This document shows, piece by piece, positions 44,211 to 52,567 of a DNA stretch of 54,719 nt. Location of the stretch: the IMG/VR virus record IMGVR_UViG_3300046010_009690, positions 1 to 54,719 of that record; one strand, written 5' to 3'. This stretch comes from a virus. Taxonomy: Duplodnaviria > Caudoviricetes. A program made the position numbers and the translations under genes. The notes beneath the pieces are model-generated. The model ran no database searches. It saw nothing but the letters and a program-made list of their open reading frames with translations, and was not told where the DNA came from. Positions within the stretch are counted from its first letter, which is position 1; the number at the start of each line of letters is the position of its first letter.

Positions 44211-45185
44211 ATGGCAATGGCTGAGAAAGATGTGATGACCGAAGACGACGAGGTTGTTGTAGGTGAGGAACAACCCGAAAAGGTCGAAATCGAGATGTCT
44301 GAGGAGGAGGCGAAGCAATTTGCTGAGGAACCTCAGGCAGAGGACAAGGTAACCAAGCAGGAAGACGACGACGAAGCTGATCGAGAGTCGATCCGCGAGC
44401 GTCGCCGACTCGAGAAGAAAGAGCGGAAGCAGCGCCGTGATCAGGCGATTAACCGCGACAAGATCGAGCTCGAATTCTTGCGCAAACGCAACGATGATCT
44501 TGAGCGCCGAATTTCAGGTATTGAGCAGAAGACGCAGCGCAGCGACATTTCGCTCCTCGATCAGAAGCTCAAGGAAGCCACCAACGAGGTGCAACTTGCT
44601 GAAAAGGTGATCGCTAAGGCGGTTGCCGCTCAAAACGGTGAGGACGTTGCACAGGCTCTTCGGTACCGTGATCAGGCGATGCAGAAGGCGCGTCAGCTCG
44701 AGGCCGCGAAGAAGCAAGCCGAACAAACCGCCGCGGCACCTAAACAGAAGCCGGTGGATGATGTTTCGCTGCAATATGCGAAAGAATTCATCGACGAGAA
44801 TCCGTGGTACAAGCCCAACGGTGATGACGAGAGCTCGGCGATCGTTCTGGCGATTGATAATGCTCTCGTAAAGGAGGGTTTCAACCCCCGCACCGAGGAT
44901 TACTGGGACGAGTTGCGTGACCGGGTTCGTCGACGGCTTCCGGAAAAGTTCGAGTCGGAGGATCGGTCTGCACGTCAGGCGGCACCTCAAAAGGCAGAGA
45001 GGGCGGCACGGGGCGGTCCACAGGTCGGATCTGGCCGTGAACACGCACCGACATCGACTCGACGGGAAGTTTACGTCAGCCCCGAGCGCAAAGCCGCGCT
45101 CATTGAAGCCGGGGTTTGGGACGACCCGGTACTTCGTCAGAAATATATCAAAAAGTACATGGAATACGACCGGACTAGGACGTAA
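44211..45185 (+). CDS. Putative capsid scaffolding protein
   Basis: Acidic N-terminus, long coiled coil, NPWY motif; upstream of the capsid genes. Confidence 0.65.
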   Translation: MAMAEKDVMTEDDEVVVGEEQPEKVEIEMSEEEAKQFAEEPQAEDKVTKQEDDDEADRESIRERRRLEKKERKQRRDQAINRDKIELEFLRKRNDDLERRISGIEQKTQRSDISLLDQKLKEATNEVQLAEKVIAKAVAAQNGEDVAQALRYRDQAMQKARQLEAAKKQAEQTAAAPKQKPVDDVSLQYAKEFIDENPWYKPNGDDESSAIVLAIDNALVKEGFNPRTEDYWDELRDRVRRRLPEKFESEDRSARQAAPQKAERAARGGPQVGSGREHAPTSTRREVYVSPERKAALIEAGVWDDPVLRQKYIKKYMEYDRTRT

Positions 45186-45186
45186 C

Positions 45187-45215
45187 TTGTGCTCGATTTC
45201 AAACAGAGTTATACT
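45187..45215 (+). promoter_or_regulatory. Promoter of the capsid operon
   Basis: TTGTGC-N17-TATACT. Confidence 0.7.
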
Positions 45216-45240
45216 TAACCAATCGCTGTAGGAGCGAAAC

Positions 45241-45768
45241 ATGTCAGATGAACGTTTAAAGAAATCCGCTGAGAGCCGGACCAGCCGTGCGATGAAAGAT
45301 CGCGCTTTTACTGAGAATCGCCAAATCTCGGACGATGAGCGGGTTGAGATGTTCAGGCAGCAACTTTTTAATTCTGCATTGCCTGATTTACCGACTATCC
45401 CCGGTTACCACGTTTGCTGGTTAACCACGACAAACCCCCGTGATTCGATCCAGTCTCGCATTCGACTTGGTTACGAGCCCATTAAGCCGGAAGACGTTCC
45501 CGGCTGCGAGTACGTAACTCTCAAGTCGGGCGAATGGGCCGGTCTCATTGGGATCAATGAGATGTTGGCGTTTAAGCTTCCTATGAGTTTGTATGAGAAG
45601 TTCATGACGGAAGCACACCATGACGCTCCTCTCCGTGAGGAAGAGAAGTTGACCGACACTGCGGAGTTCTTGCAACAGCAAGCTCGAGCGTCGGGGTCTC
45701 AGTTGTTGATGGGTGACGGTATTTCAAGCCTTGCGGAAGAAAGATCAGCTCGTTTTGAGCTAACTTAA
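45241..45768 (+). CDS. Conserved head-module protein
   Basis: P.IPGYH.CW...R.RLGYEP motif. Confidence 0.7.
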   Translation: MSDERLKKSAESRTSRAMKDRAFTENRQISDDERVEMFRQQLFNSALPDLPTIPGYHVCWLTTTNPRDSIQSRIRLGYEPIKPEDVPGCEYVTLKSGEWAGLIGINEMLAFKLPMSLYEKFMTEAHHDAPLREEEKLTDTAEFLQQQARASGSQLLMGDGISSLAEERSARFELT

Positions 45769-45797
45769 CCCTTCCGATTAACCAAGGAGTATACCGC

Positions 45798-46391
45798 ATG
45801 TCAGCGACAAGCGCAGCCTTCGGTTTTCGTCCGTCCTTCCACAATAGTGGCCAGATGCGGCCGAAAGCCTACACCATCGCTTCGACGTATGGTGTGAATA
45901 TCTTCTCCGGCGACCCGGTGAAGTTGACCGACAACGGTGTTGTGCAGCTCGGCACTTCTGATGGTACCCGTTCGGGTACGGTCGGTGGTGTCCTTCTGCT
46001 CGGCATTTTCGCCGGTGTTCAGTATCGTGACAGCAACGCTCGCCCGGTAGTCTCGAACTACTGGCCCGCGTCGACCACCGGCACTGAGATTCAGTGCTAC
46101 GTGTACGACGATCCGGAAACGTTGTTCGACGTTCAGTACGACAATCCTTCGGCCGGTACCACGGTTCAGACCGCGGTCGGCGAGGAGTGTGACTGGGTTG
46201 TGGCCTCGCCGGGTGGTTCCACCTCGACGGGTCTGTCCAGCGCGTATCTGGGTGTCATCGAATCCACGTCTGGTCAGTTCCAGATTACTGGTTTCGGTTA
46301 CGGTCCCGACAACCTTCTCACCGACGCTTACGTAGTTGCAACTGTTCGTATCAACGAGCATCACTACAAGGCCTCGGTCAACTCAGTCTGA
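45798..46391 (+). CDS. Capsid decoration/cement protein
   Basis: FGFRP, IF.GD.V, G.F.G, V.DDP...F motifs; directly before the major capsid gene. Confidence 0.7.
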   Translation: MSATSAAFGFRPSFHNSGQMRPKAYTIASTYGVNIFSGDPVKLTDNGVVQLGTSDGTRSGTVGGVLLLGIFAGVQYRDSNARPVVSNYWPASTTGTEIQCYVYDDPETLFDVQYDNPSAGTTVQTAVGEECDWVVASPGGSTSTGLSSAYLGVIESTSGQFQITGFGYGPDNLLTDAYVVATVRINEHHYKASVNSV

Positions 46392-46406
46392 TAGGAGTAC
46401 AGGCAG

Positions 46407-47321
46407 ATGGCAACCCCAATGCGCAGTACAGACTTTCGTAGTATCGTTGAGCCGATCCTCAACGAGACCTTCGACGGTGTGTACGATCAGCGAGCAGATG
46501 AATATAAGCAGGTTTTCGAGGAGCGCAAAGGCATTCCTCGTAACTACCACGAAGAGCCGGTCCTGTACGGGTTCGGTGCTGCTCCGGAGCTTCCGGACGG
46601 CATGGCTGTCACCTATCAGTCGGGTGGCGTCCTCTTCTTGCAGCGTTACCTCTACAAGGTCTACGGTCTCGCCTTCGCGTTGACCAAGGTCCTCGTGGAA
46701 GACGGCGACCACATTCGTATCGGTCAGACCTACGCCAAGCATTTGGCGCAGTCGCTCATCGAGACGAAGGAGACGCTCGGTGCGAACATCCTCAACCGTG
46801 CGTTCAATGCCGCGTTCCCCGGTGGTGACGGCAAGTCGCTCGTGGCGACGGATCATCCGATCGTTAACGGTACGTTCAGCAACCAGCTGTCGACTGCTGC
46901 GAACCTCTCGCAGACGTCGCTCGAGCAGTTGCTCATTCAGATCCGCAATGCTGTTGACAACAACGGCAAGCGCATCCGTCTGACGCCGAAAGCGATTGTT
47001 GCTGGTCCGAGCAATGTGTTCCAAGCGGAAGTGCTCCTCAAGAGCGTTCTCCGTACTGGCGCGGCCAACAACGACATCAACCCGGTCAAGTCGATGGGCT
47101 TGCTGAGTGATGGTCAGGCTAACCTCTCGCGTATCACGTCGACCACCGCTTGGTGGATTAAGACGGACGCGCCGGAAGGCCTCAAGCTCATGATGCGTCG
47201 CGGTCTTGAGAAGAGCATGGAAGGTGACTTCGAAACCGACTCCATGCGCTACAAGGCCACCGAGCGTTATGCCTTCGGTTGGACCGATCCCCGTACCATC
47301 TACGGCACGGCGGGAGTCTGA
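46407..47321 (+). CDS. Major capsid protein (Mu gpT-like, HK97 fold)
   Basis: GFGAA, GGDG..L...DHP, GDFET...RYKA.ERY.FG..DPR motifs. Confidence 0.9.
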   Translation: MATPMRSTDFRSIVEPILNETFDGVYDQRADEYKQVFEERKGIPRNYHEEPVLYGFGAAPELPDGMAVTYQSGGVLFLQRYLYKVYGLAFALTKVLVEDGDHIRIGQTYAKHLAQSLIETKETLGANILNRAFNAAFPGGDGKSLVATDHPIVNGTFSNQLSTAANLSQTSLEQLLIQIRNAVDNNGKRIRLTPKAIVAGPSNVFQAEVLLKSVLRTGAANNDINPVKSMGLLSDGQANLSRITSTTAWWIKTDAPEGLKLMMRRGLEKSMEGDFETDSMRYKATERYAFGWTDPRTIYGTAGV

Positions 47322-47334
47322 TATCGATTAGAAG

Positions 47335-47367
47335 GCGGGGCTGGCAACGGCCCCGCTCTCTATTGTT
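47335..47367 (+). terminator. Hairpin after the capsid gene (weak terminator)
   Basis: GCGGGGCTG-GCAA-CGGCCCCGC with an interrupted U tract. Confidence 0.55.
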
Positions 47368-47388
47368 ATCACTTCCAAGGAGACTACC

Positions 47389-48090
47389 ATGGCAAATTTG
47401 CTTGTGACTCGTTTTCCCAACGGCGTGACGAACGTTGCTGAGAACGATCTTTTTTGTGATCTCGCGATGCCGGATCCGACCCAGTTTCATACGTACTTCA
47501 ATGACTTTGATACGTATGCTGCCGGTGATTGGACTGTCACTGAGACTTCATCGACCGCTACTCAGGCTCTGACTGATGGCGATGGTGGTCTCCTTCTGGT
47601 GACGAACTCGGATCAAGATGACAGCCTCTGCGCTCTCCAGAAGGTGGGTGAATCCTTCCTGATGGAGTCGGGCAAGAAGGCCTTCTTCAAGACCCGGTTC
47701 AAAGTCAGTGACGCCACCGATTCGGATGTCGTGATTGGTCTGCAGGTGACGGACGCTACGCCGCTTGATGTGACGGACGGTATCTACTTCATCAAGGCCG
47801 ATGGCAGCACCTCAGCGAATCTCGTTTGCCGCAAGAATGCGACGACGGGTTCGAATGTGGCTTCCGCTGTTGCTACGATGGCTGATGATACGTTCGTGAC
47901 GCTGGGCTGGTACTATGACGGTCAGGGTACGCTCGCGTACTCCGTGAACGGCACGGTTACCGGTTCGATGAGTGCGTCGTCCTCGTATCTGCCGGACACC
48001 GATCTTACGGTTTCCTTCGCCATCCAGAATGGCGCAGCTGCCGCTAAGACGATCACGGTAGACTACATTTACGCCGCTAAGCAGCGTTAA
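47389..48090 (+). CDS. Virion structural protein (lectin-like beta sandwich)
   Basis: TRFPNGVTN N-terminus; follows the major capsid gene. Confidence 0.65.
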   Translation: MANLLVTRFPNGVTNVAENDLFCDLAMPDPTQFHTYFNDFDTYAAGDWTVTETSSTATQALTDGDGGLLLVTNSDQDDSLCALQKVGESFLMESGKKAFFKTRFKVSDATDSDVVIGLQVTDATPLDVTDGIYFIKADGSTSANLVCRKNATTGSNVASAVATMADDTFVTLGWYYDGQGTLAYSVNGTVTGSMSASSSYLPDTDLTVSFAIQNGAAAAKTITVDYIYAAKQR

Positions 48091-48091
48091 T

Positions 48092-48120
48092 GGGCGGGGG
48101 CTTCGGCCCCCTGCCTTTTT
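48092..48120 (+). terminator. Rho-independent terminator
   Basis: GGCGGGGGC-TTCG-GCCCCCTGCC-TTTTT. Confidence 0.85.
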
Positions 48121-48131
48121 AGGAGACCCGC

Positions 48132-48767
48132 ATGCGTCCGATTTCGTTTACTTATTCTCAAGCAGCTGCAGATGCAGATAGCGTTGCGGCCGCTCAGCTT
48201 TTAAATGCTTCAGGTGCGATCACCCTCAATGGCTCGGCCGTTGTGAGTGGTGTCGCTAATTTCACCTCAAGCCCTGCGTACATCACGATCACCAACGAGA
48301 AGTCGGCGACGGTGAGCTTCATCGTGACCGGCACTAAGGCCGGTGGTACGACGACGCAGACCGAGACGATCGCTTTCACGGCGTCGGGTACGGTGACGGG
48401 TTCCATCGCGTTTGCGACGGTGACTGGTGTGACGGCTTCTGCGCCGACCAGCGCCACAATTTCGATCGGTAATGCGGCTATCGGCTACACCGACTGGATT
48501 CCGCTTGATATTTACGTTCCGAACCAAGTCACGACGATCTCGGCGAAGGCGAGCGGCACGGTTAATTATTCGGTCGAGTACACGAACGAAGATCCGTTCG
48601 ATCGTTCGATCACGCAGTTGGCGGTTCCGCATCCCGCGGCTAGCCTCACGGCGGCGACCGGCAACGAGACGCAGTTCACCACGACCCTTATGCGAGCGGT
48701 TCGCTTGAAAGTGAACTCGGGTGACGGTTCGGTCCGTCTCACCGTTGTGCAGCAGTCGACGCAGTAA
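48132..48767 (+). CDS. Virion structural protein
   Basis: Thr/Ala/Ser-rich beta protein. Confidence 0.6.
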   Translation: MRPISFTYSQAAADADSVAAAQLLNASGAITLNGSAVVSGVANFTSSPAYITITNEKSATVSFIVTGTKAGGTTTQTETIAFTASGTVTGSIAFATVTGVTASAPTSATISIGNAAIGYTDWIPLDIYVPNQVTTISAKASGTVNYSVEYTNEDPFDRSITQLAVPHPAASLTAATGNETQFTTTLMRAVRLKVNSGDGSVRLTVVQQSTQ

Positions 48768-48770
48768 GAT

Positions 48771-49475
48771 ATGGCCAACGTCAAAATCACCGATCTCTCG
48801 GCCGGTACTGCGCTTGGTGGTACCGAGTTATTCGAATCGGTGCAGTCATCGGCATCGGTGAAGCTAACTGCTGATCAGATCAAGACGTTTATCGGTAACT
48901 CGCTCAACATCACCGGCGGTGTGCTAGGGTCGGTCACGATCAGCAATGCGGTCGGTGAATTCGATTCCATCACGATTACGGCCGGTGCGGTACCGTTCAA
49001 CACGATTACTGGTCGATCGTACGCGCAGGTCATATCGACAAGAGATCAGACCGCGGTTTCCGCGAACGTTGCGTATGCGGTCTCCTTTGACACCGCGTCA
49101 TCCTGGAACACCGGAATCACGGTCGCATCAAGCACCAATATCACCATGGCGGCGGCTGGTGTATATTCGTGTGCGATGAATTTCCAGCTAAAGAATACCG
49201 ACACTTCTAACCATACGGTTACGGTTTGGTATCAAAAGAACGGCACGAACGTCGCCAATACTGCGTCGACGATAAGTGTTCCTAAGGCGGCTGATGGTGG
49301 CGTTACGGTCTTCGAACTTACGTTCCAAGAAGAAGTCACAGCGGGTCAGTATTTGACTCTTTATTGGGCTACCGATAATACTACTACGTCGATCGATTAT
49401 ACCGCCGCGTCTGCCGGTCCTCCTAATGTTCCGGCGATCCCGTCTGTCATCTTCACTGCAGATAGGATCGCGTGA
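48771..49475 (+). CDS. Virion fibre/spike protein with C1q/TNF-like C-terminal domain
   Basis: MANVKITDL N-terminus; AGVY...FQL...VW..KNG motif. Confidence 0.6.
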   Translation: MANVKITDLSAGTALGGTELFESVQSSASVKLTADQIKTFIGNSLNITGGVLGSVTISNAVGEFDSITITAGAVPFNTITGRSYAQVISTRDQTAVSANVAYAVSFDTASSWNTGITVASSTNITMAAAGVYSCAMNFQLKNTDTSNHTVTVWYQKNGTNVANTASTISVPKAADGGVTVFELTFQEEVTAGQYLTLYWATDNTTTSIDYTAASAGPPNVPAIPSVIFTADRIA

Positions 49476-49777
49476 TGAAGGACGATTGGTCGGGCTGGTA
49501 CAAGTTCAACGAGGGCGGCGGGGCCTGGACTCGTAAAGAGGGCCAGAATCCCGAAGGCGGCTTGAATGAGCGTGGTCGCGCATCGCTCCGTGCACAGGGC
49601 CAGGACATTAAGCGTCCGGTATCGGCGAAAGAGGCTGCTCGCAGCCCGAAGGCCGCGGGTCGCCGCAAGTCGTTCTGTGCTCGCATGAAGGGCCAGAAGG
49701 CCAAAATGACGAGTGCTGCGACGGCAAAAGATCCGAACAGCCGCATCAACAAATCACTTCGCAAGTGGGATTGCTGA
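49472..49777 (+). CDS. Basic conserved phage protein (DUF6321-like)
   Basis: AWTRKEG.NP.GGLN..GRAS, RRKSFCARM, SRIN.SLR.W.C motifs. Confidence 0.75.
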   Translation: MMKDDWSGWYKFNEGGGAWTRKEGQNPEGGLNERGRASLRAQGQDIKRPVSAKEAARSPKAAGRRKSFCARMKGQKAKMTSAATAKDPNSRINKSLRKWDC

Positions 49778-50151
49778 TGGCTAAGCACGACACAGCCGGT
49801 GAGTTCATGGGACTTCTTTTCATGTCCCGCGATGTTGCTCACCGTGAGCATTTAAAGACCCGTAGCTATGCCGCGCACAAAGCGTTGGGCAAATTCTACG
49901 AGTCGATCGTTGAGCATGCCGATAGTTTTGCAGAAGCGTATCAAGGTAAATACAACGCTCTCCTCGAGATTCCGTTGCTTGATAACACTTCAAAAGGCGA
50001 AATCGCCGACGTGCTAGAAAGTCATGTGAACTGGATTACGGAGCACAGGACTGATATCTGTCCGAGGACGGAGACCGCAATTCACAATGTTATTGATGAA
50101 ATCGTCGGTCTGTACTATTCTACATTGTACAAACTACGTTTTCTCTCTTGA
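49777..50151 (+). CDS. Ferritin/Dps-like four-helix protein (DUF5856-like)
   Basis: H..H..T.SYA.H.AL..FY......D.F.E.YQG; N..DEI......TLYKL motifs. Confidence 0.7.
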   Translation: MAKHDTAGEFMGLLFMSRDVAHREHLKTRSYAAHKALGKFYESIVEHADSFAEAYQGKYNALLEIPLLDNTSKGEIADVLESHVNWITEHRTDICPRTETAIHNVIDEIVGLYYSTLYKLRFLS

Positions 50152-50160
50152 GGTAAGAAC

Positions 50161-51204
50161 ATGGCCGTCAAATACGTAAAAGACTTTGGATTCGACTCCG
50201 GCTTCGGATTCAGCGGCTCTTCTGGTAAAACACCCGTTCGCGCCTACATGCGCGGTGGTGCCGTGAAGAAAAGCAATCCGACCAAAGCGCCGTCGATCGC
50301 GCCTGCGATGGTCGAGAAACGTAGCCAAGGGCTCGGCGGTCTCGCGCCCGAGACCAAGAAACTCGCGGCCTACGACAAGCCGCATATGGAAGGCAAAAAA
50401 GGCGCAAAGGTGCCGCAGTATGCTAAGGGCGGCGCGGTCAAGAAAAAGATGCCGTCTTTCTTGAAAGCGAAGATGATGAAGAAAGCGGACGGTGGCGCTA
50501 TCCGCGAGCGTGAGTCGATTATGCCGACTGGCGATCTGACACCGCTGCCGGAAGAGCCTAATTATGTCGGCCCAGCGCCAAGAGCTTTGGACATGATCGA
50601 AGTTGACGACATGGTCATGACTAGAGAAGATTTCGAAAGGATGAAGCGACCGATGCCTCCTACCCTAGGGAGCATAGGGGGTACAAAACGAGATCCGATG
50701 ATAATGAAACCGCAGAGTTACGATCCGGGCTTGGCTAATTTAAAGCGCCGGGTTGCTGCTGACAGCGGAATGCCGCCTTCTCCGCTCGCCGCAGCCGCTC
50801 GTATGGCTCCTCAGGATCGCCGCTCAATGCGAGCTGATCGTCGTGAGATGGCTCGCGACATCATGGACCGCTACATCGCTGGTCCGCGTCGCGCTATGCC
50901 CGCGCCGCGTCGTGCGATGCCGGTAGCGCCGAGAGCTCCGATGGTTGAACCCGCTATGATTCGCAATCCGCGTATGCCCGTTGGTGGTGTCGCGACTTTC
51001 GCCAAGGGTGGTAAGGTCAGCAAAGGCCAAGCCAAAGTCGGCAAGGTAATGGGTGAGTTCAAGCGCGGCGAGCTACACTCGGGCAGCAAGCAGGGACCAC
51101 TCGTCACGAACCCGAAGCAAGCTAAGGTTATTGCGCTCTCTGAGGCTCGCAAAGCCGGTGCTAAAATTCCCAAGAAAGCGATGGGTGGGAGAGCTTGCGG
51201 TTGA
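50161..51204 (+). CDS. Low-complexity Lys/Met/Pro-rich protein with five xxxGG motifs and a C-terminal DUF6496-like domain
   Basis: KV.KVM.EFK.G.LHSG...V.NPKQA..IALSEAR motif. Confidence 0.7.
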   Translation: MAVKYVKDFGFDSGFGFSGSSGKTPVRAYMRGGAVKKSNPTKAPSIAPAMVEKRSQGLGGLAPETKKLAAYDKPHMEGKKGAKVPQYAKGGAVKKKMPSFLKAKMMKKADGGAIRERESIMPTGDLTPLPEEPNYVGPAPRALDMIEVDDMVMTREDFERMKRPMPPTLGSIGGTKRDPMIMKPQSYDPGLANLKRRVAADSGMPPSPLAAAARMAPQDRRSMRADRREMARDIMDRYIAGPRRAMPAPRRAMPVAPRAPMVEPAMIRNPRMPVGGVATFAKGGKVSKGQAKVGKVMGEFKRGELHSGSKQGPLVTNPKQAKVIALSEARKAGAKIPKKAMGGRACG

Positions 51205-51223
51205 GTCCATAACCGGGTATAAT
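51195..51223 (+). promoter_or_regulatory. Sigma70-like promoter of the tail operon
   Basis: TTGCGG-N17-TATAAT. Confidence 0.7.
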
Positions 51224-51269
51224 TGGCTAGGGTTCGCTGAAACAGCGGCCATACGTCACAGGAACGAGT

Positions 51270-52256
51270 ATGGCCGTATCGGACACAATTAGTACGACGA
51301 CGTTTAATACGCAGCGAGTAATCGATACTGCGGTTAGGCGTTGTCGTTTGCCTGTTCAGGCAATTACGTCCGAGATGCAGCAATATGCGAAGGACGCGCT
51401 GTACCTGATACTTTCTGACCTCGGTAACTACAAGACCCCGTCTTGGTGCATCGAGAAGCAGCTATATCCGTTTTATCTTAATCAGCCAATTGTGACGCTC
51501 GACGTCGGTACGGTTGAAGTACTCAACGCGAACTACCGCACCACACTGCAAGTTAGCGGCGCGGTAACGTCGTCTGCCAATGAATACAAGATGCAATTCA
51601 GCAGCGAAACGCAAGTTGCTACGATTGGCATCAAATGGTCGGCGACAGTGACCGCGATCCCGCTTGTGTTCCAAGTGTCGAACGATAATGTGACCTGGAC
51701 TACGGTTGGTACTGAAACAGTCACCGCGACCGCCGGAACCAAGAATTGGTTCGATATCGCGCAGCCGCTCGCTTACTTTTTCTTCCGAATTACGTCGACC
51801 TCGACGATCGCGTACGACGACATTTACCTCGCCAACACGCCGACCGAGATTCCGTTTGGTGTGCTCAATCGCGACACCTATGTAAACCAGAGTAATAAAA
51901 TATTCGCTGGTCGACCGACGACGTATTGGTTGAAGCGCGATCGAGTGCGCCCGGAGATGTACCTGTGGCCCGCGCCAAATGAGACCGCGGAGACTGCGCA
52001 GCTCGTCGTGTGGCGTCACCGTCACATCATGGATGTAGGTAAGCTCACACAAGAGATCGAAGTGCCGCAGCGCTGGCTTGAAGCAATAACGGCCCGTCTA
52101 GCGGCGAAGATGGCGATGGAAACTCCGGCAGTGGACGCAGGACTAATGCCGATGCTCCAGCAGATGGCGCAAATTGCTCAACAGGCAGCTTGGGACGGCG
52201 ACAACGACGGTTCGTCGACGTATATTCAACCTTATATTGCCCCGTATACTAAGTAA
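51270..52256 (+). CDS. Head-completion/adaptor protein with an inserted discoidin-like domain
   Basis: I..A.RRC, GRPT.YW, LWPAP, P.RWLEA motifs; insert QVSND..TWT.V..YF.FRI. Confidence 0.65.
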   Translation: MAVSDTISTTTFNTQRVIDTAVRRCRLPVQAITSEMQQYAKDALYLILSDLGNYKTPSWCIEKQLYPFYLNQPIVTLDVGTVEVLNANYRTTLQVSGAVTSSANEYKMQFSSETQVATIGIKWSATVTAIPLVFQVSNDNVTWTTVGTETVTATAGTKNWFDIAQPLAYFFFRITSTSTIAYDDIYLANTPTEIPFGVLNRDTYVNQSNKIFAGRPTTYWLKRDRVRPEMYLWPAPNETAETAQLVVWRHRHIMDVGKLTQEIEVPQRWLEAITARLAAKMAMETPAVDAGLMPMLQQMAQIAQQAAWDGDNDGSSTYIQPYIAPYTK

Positions 52257-52561
52257 TGCCACTCTATCTCGACACACGTGGGCAGAGTACACTTGGCATC
52301 GCAATATGCGCGAGGTGTTCGCGTAAGTTCCCGCTCGGCGAGTTACAGCAAGATCCGAATTATCCGAATTTGATGGTGTGCGAGGCTGACACCGACCAAT
52401 ACGACCCGTACCGGCTCGCACCCCGCCCGCCTGATCAAATTGTCCTGCCGTTCGTCCGACCGGATTTACCGGTCAACACTAATCCTGCGGGTGTGATTAC
52501 TCAAAATAATGATCAGTTCATCACCACAGAAGACGGCGAAGGCTACATCGTAATCGGGTGA
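52256..52561 (+). CDS. Small Cys-containing virion-module protein
   Basis: AICARC..KF.L..L...N...L.VC...D..DP; RPD motif. Confidence 0.7.
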   Translation: MPLYLDTRGQSTLGIAICARCSRKFPLGELQQDPNYPNLMVCEADTDQYDPYRLAPRPPDQIVLPFVRPDLPVNTNPAGVITQNNDQFITTEDGEGYIVIG

Positions 52562-52567
52562 CAACAG

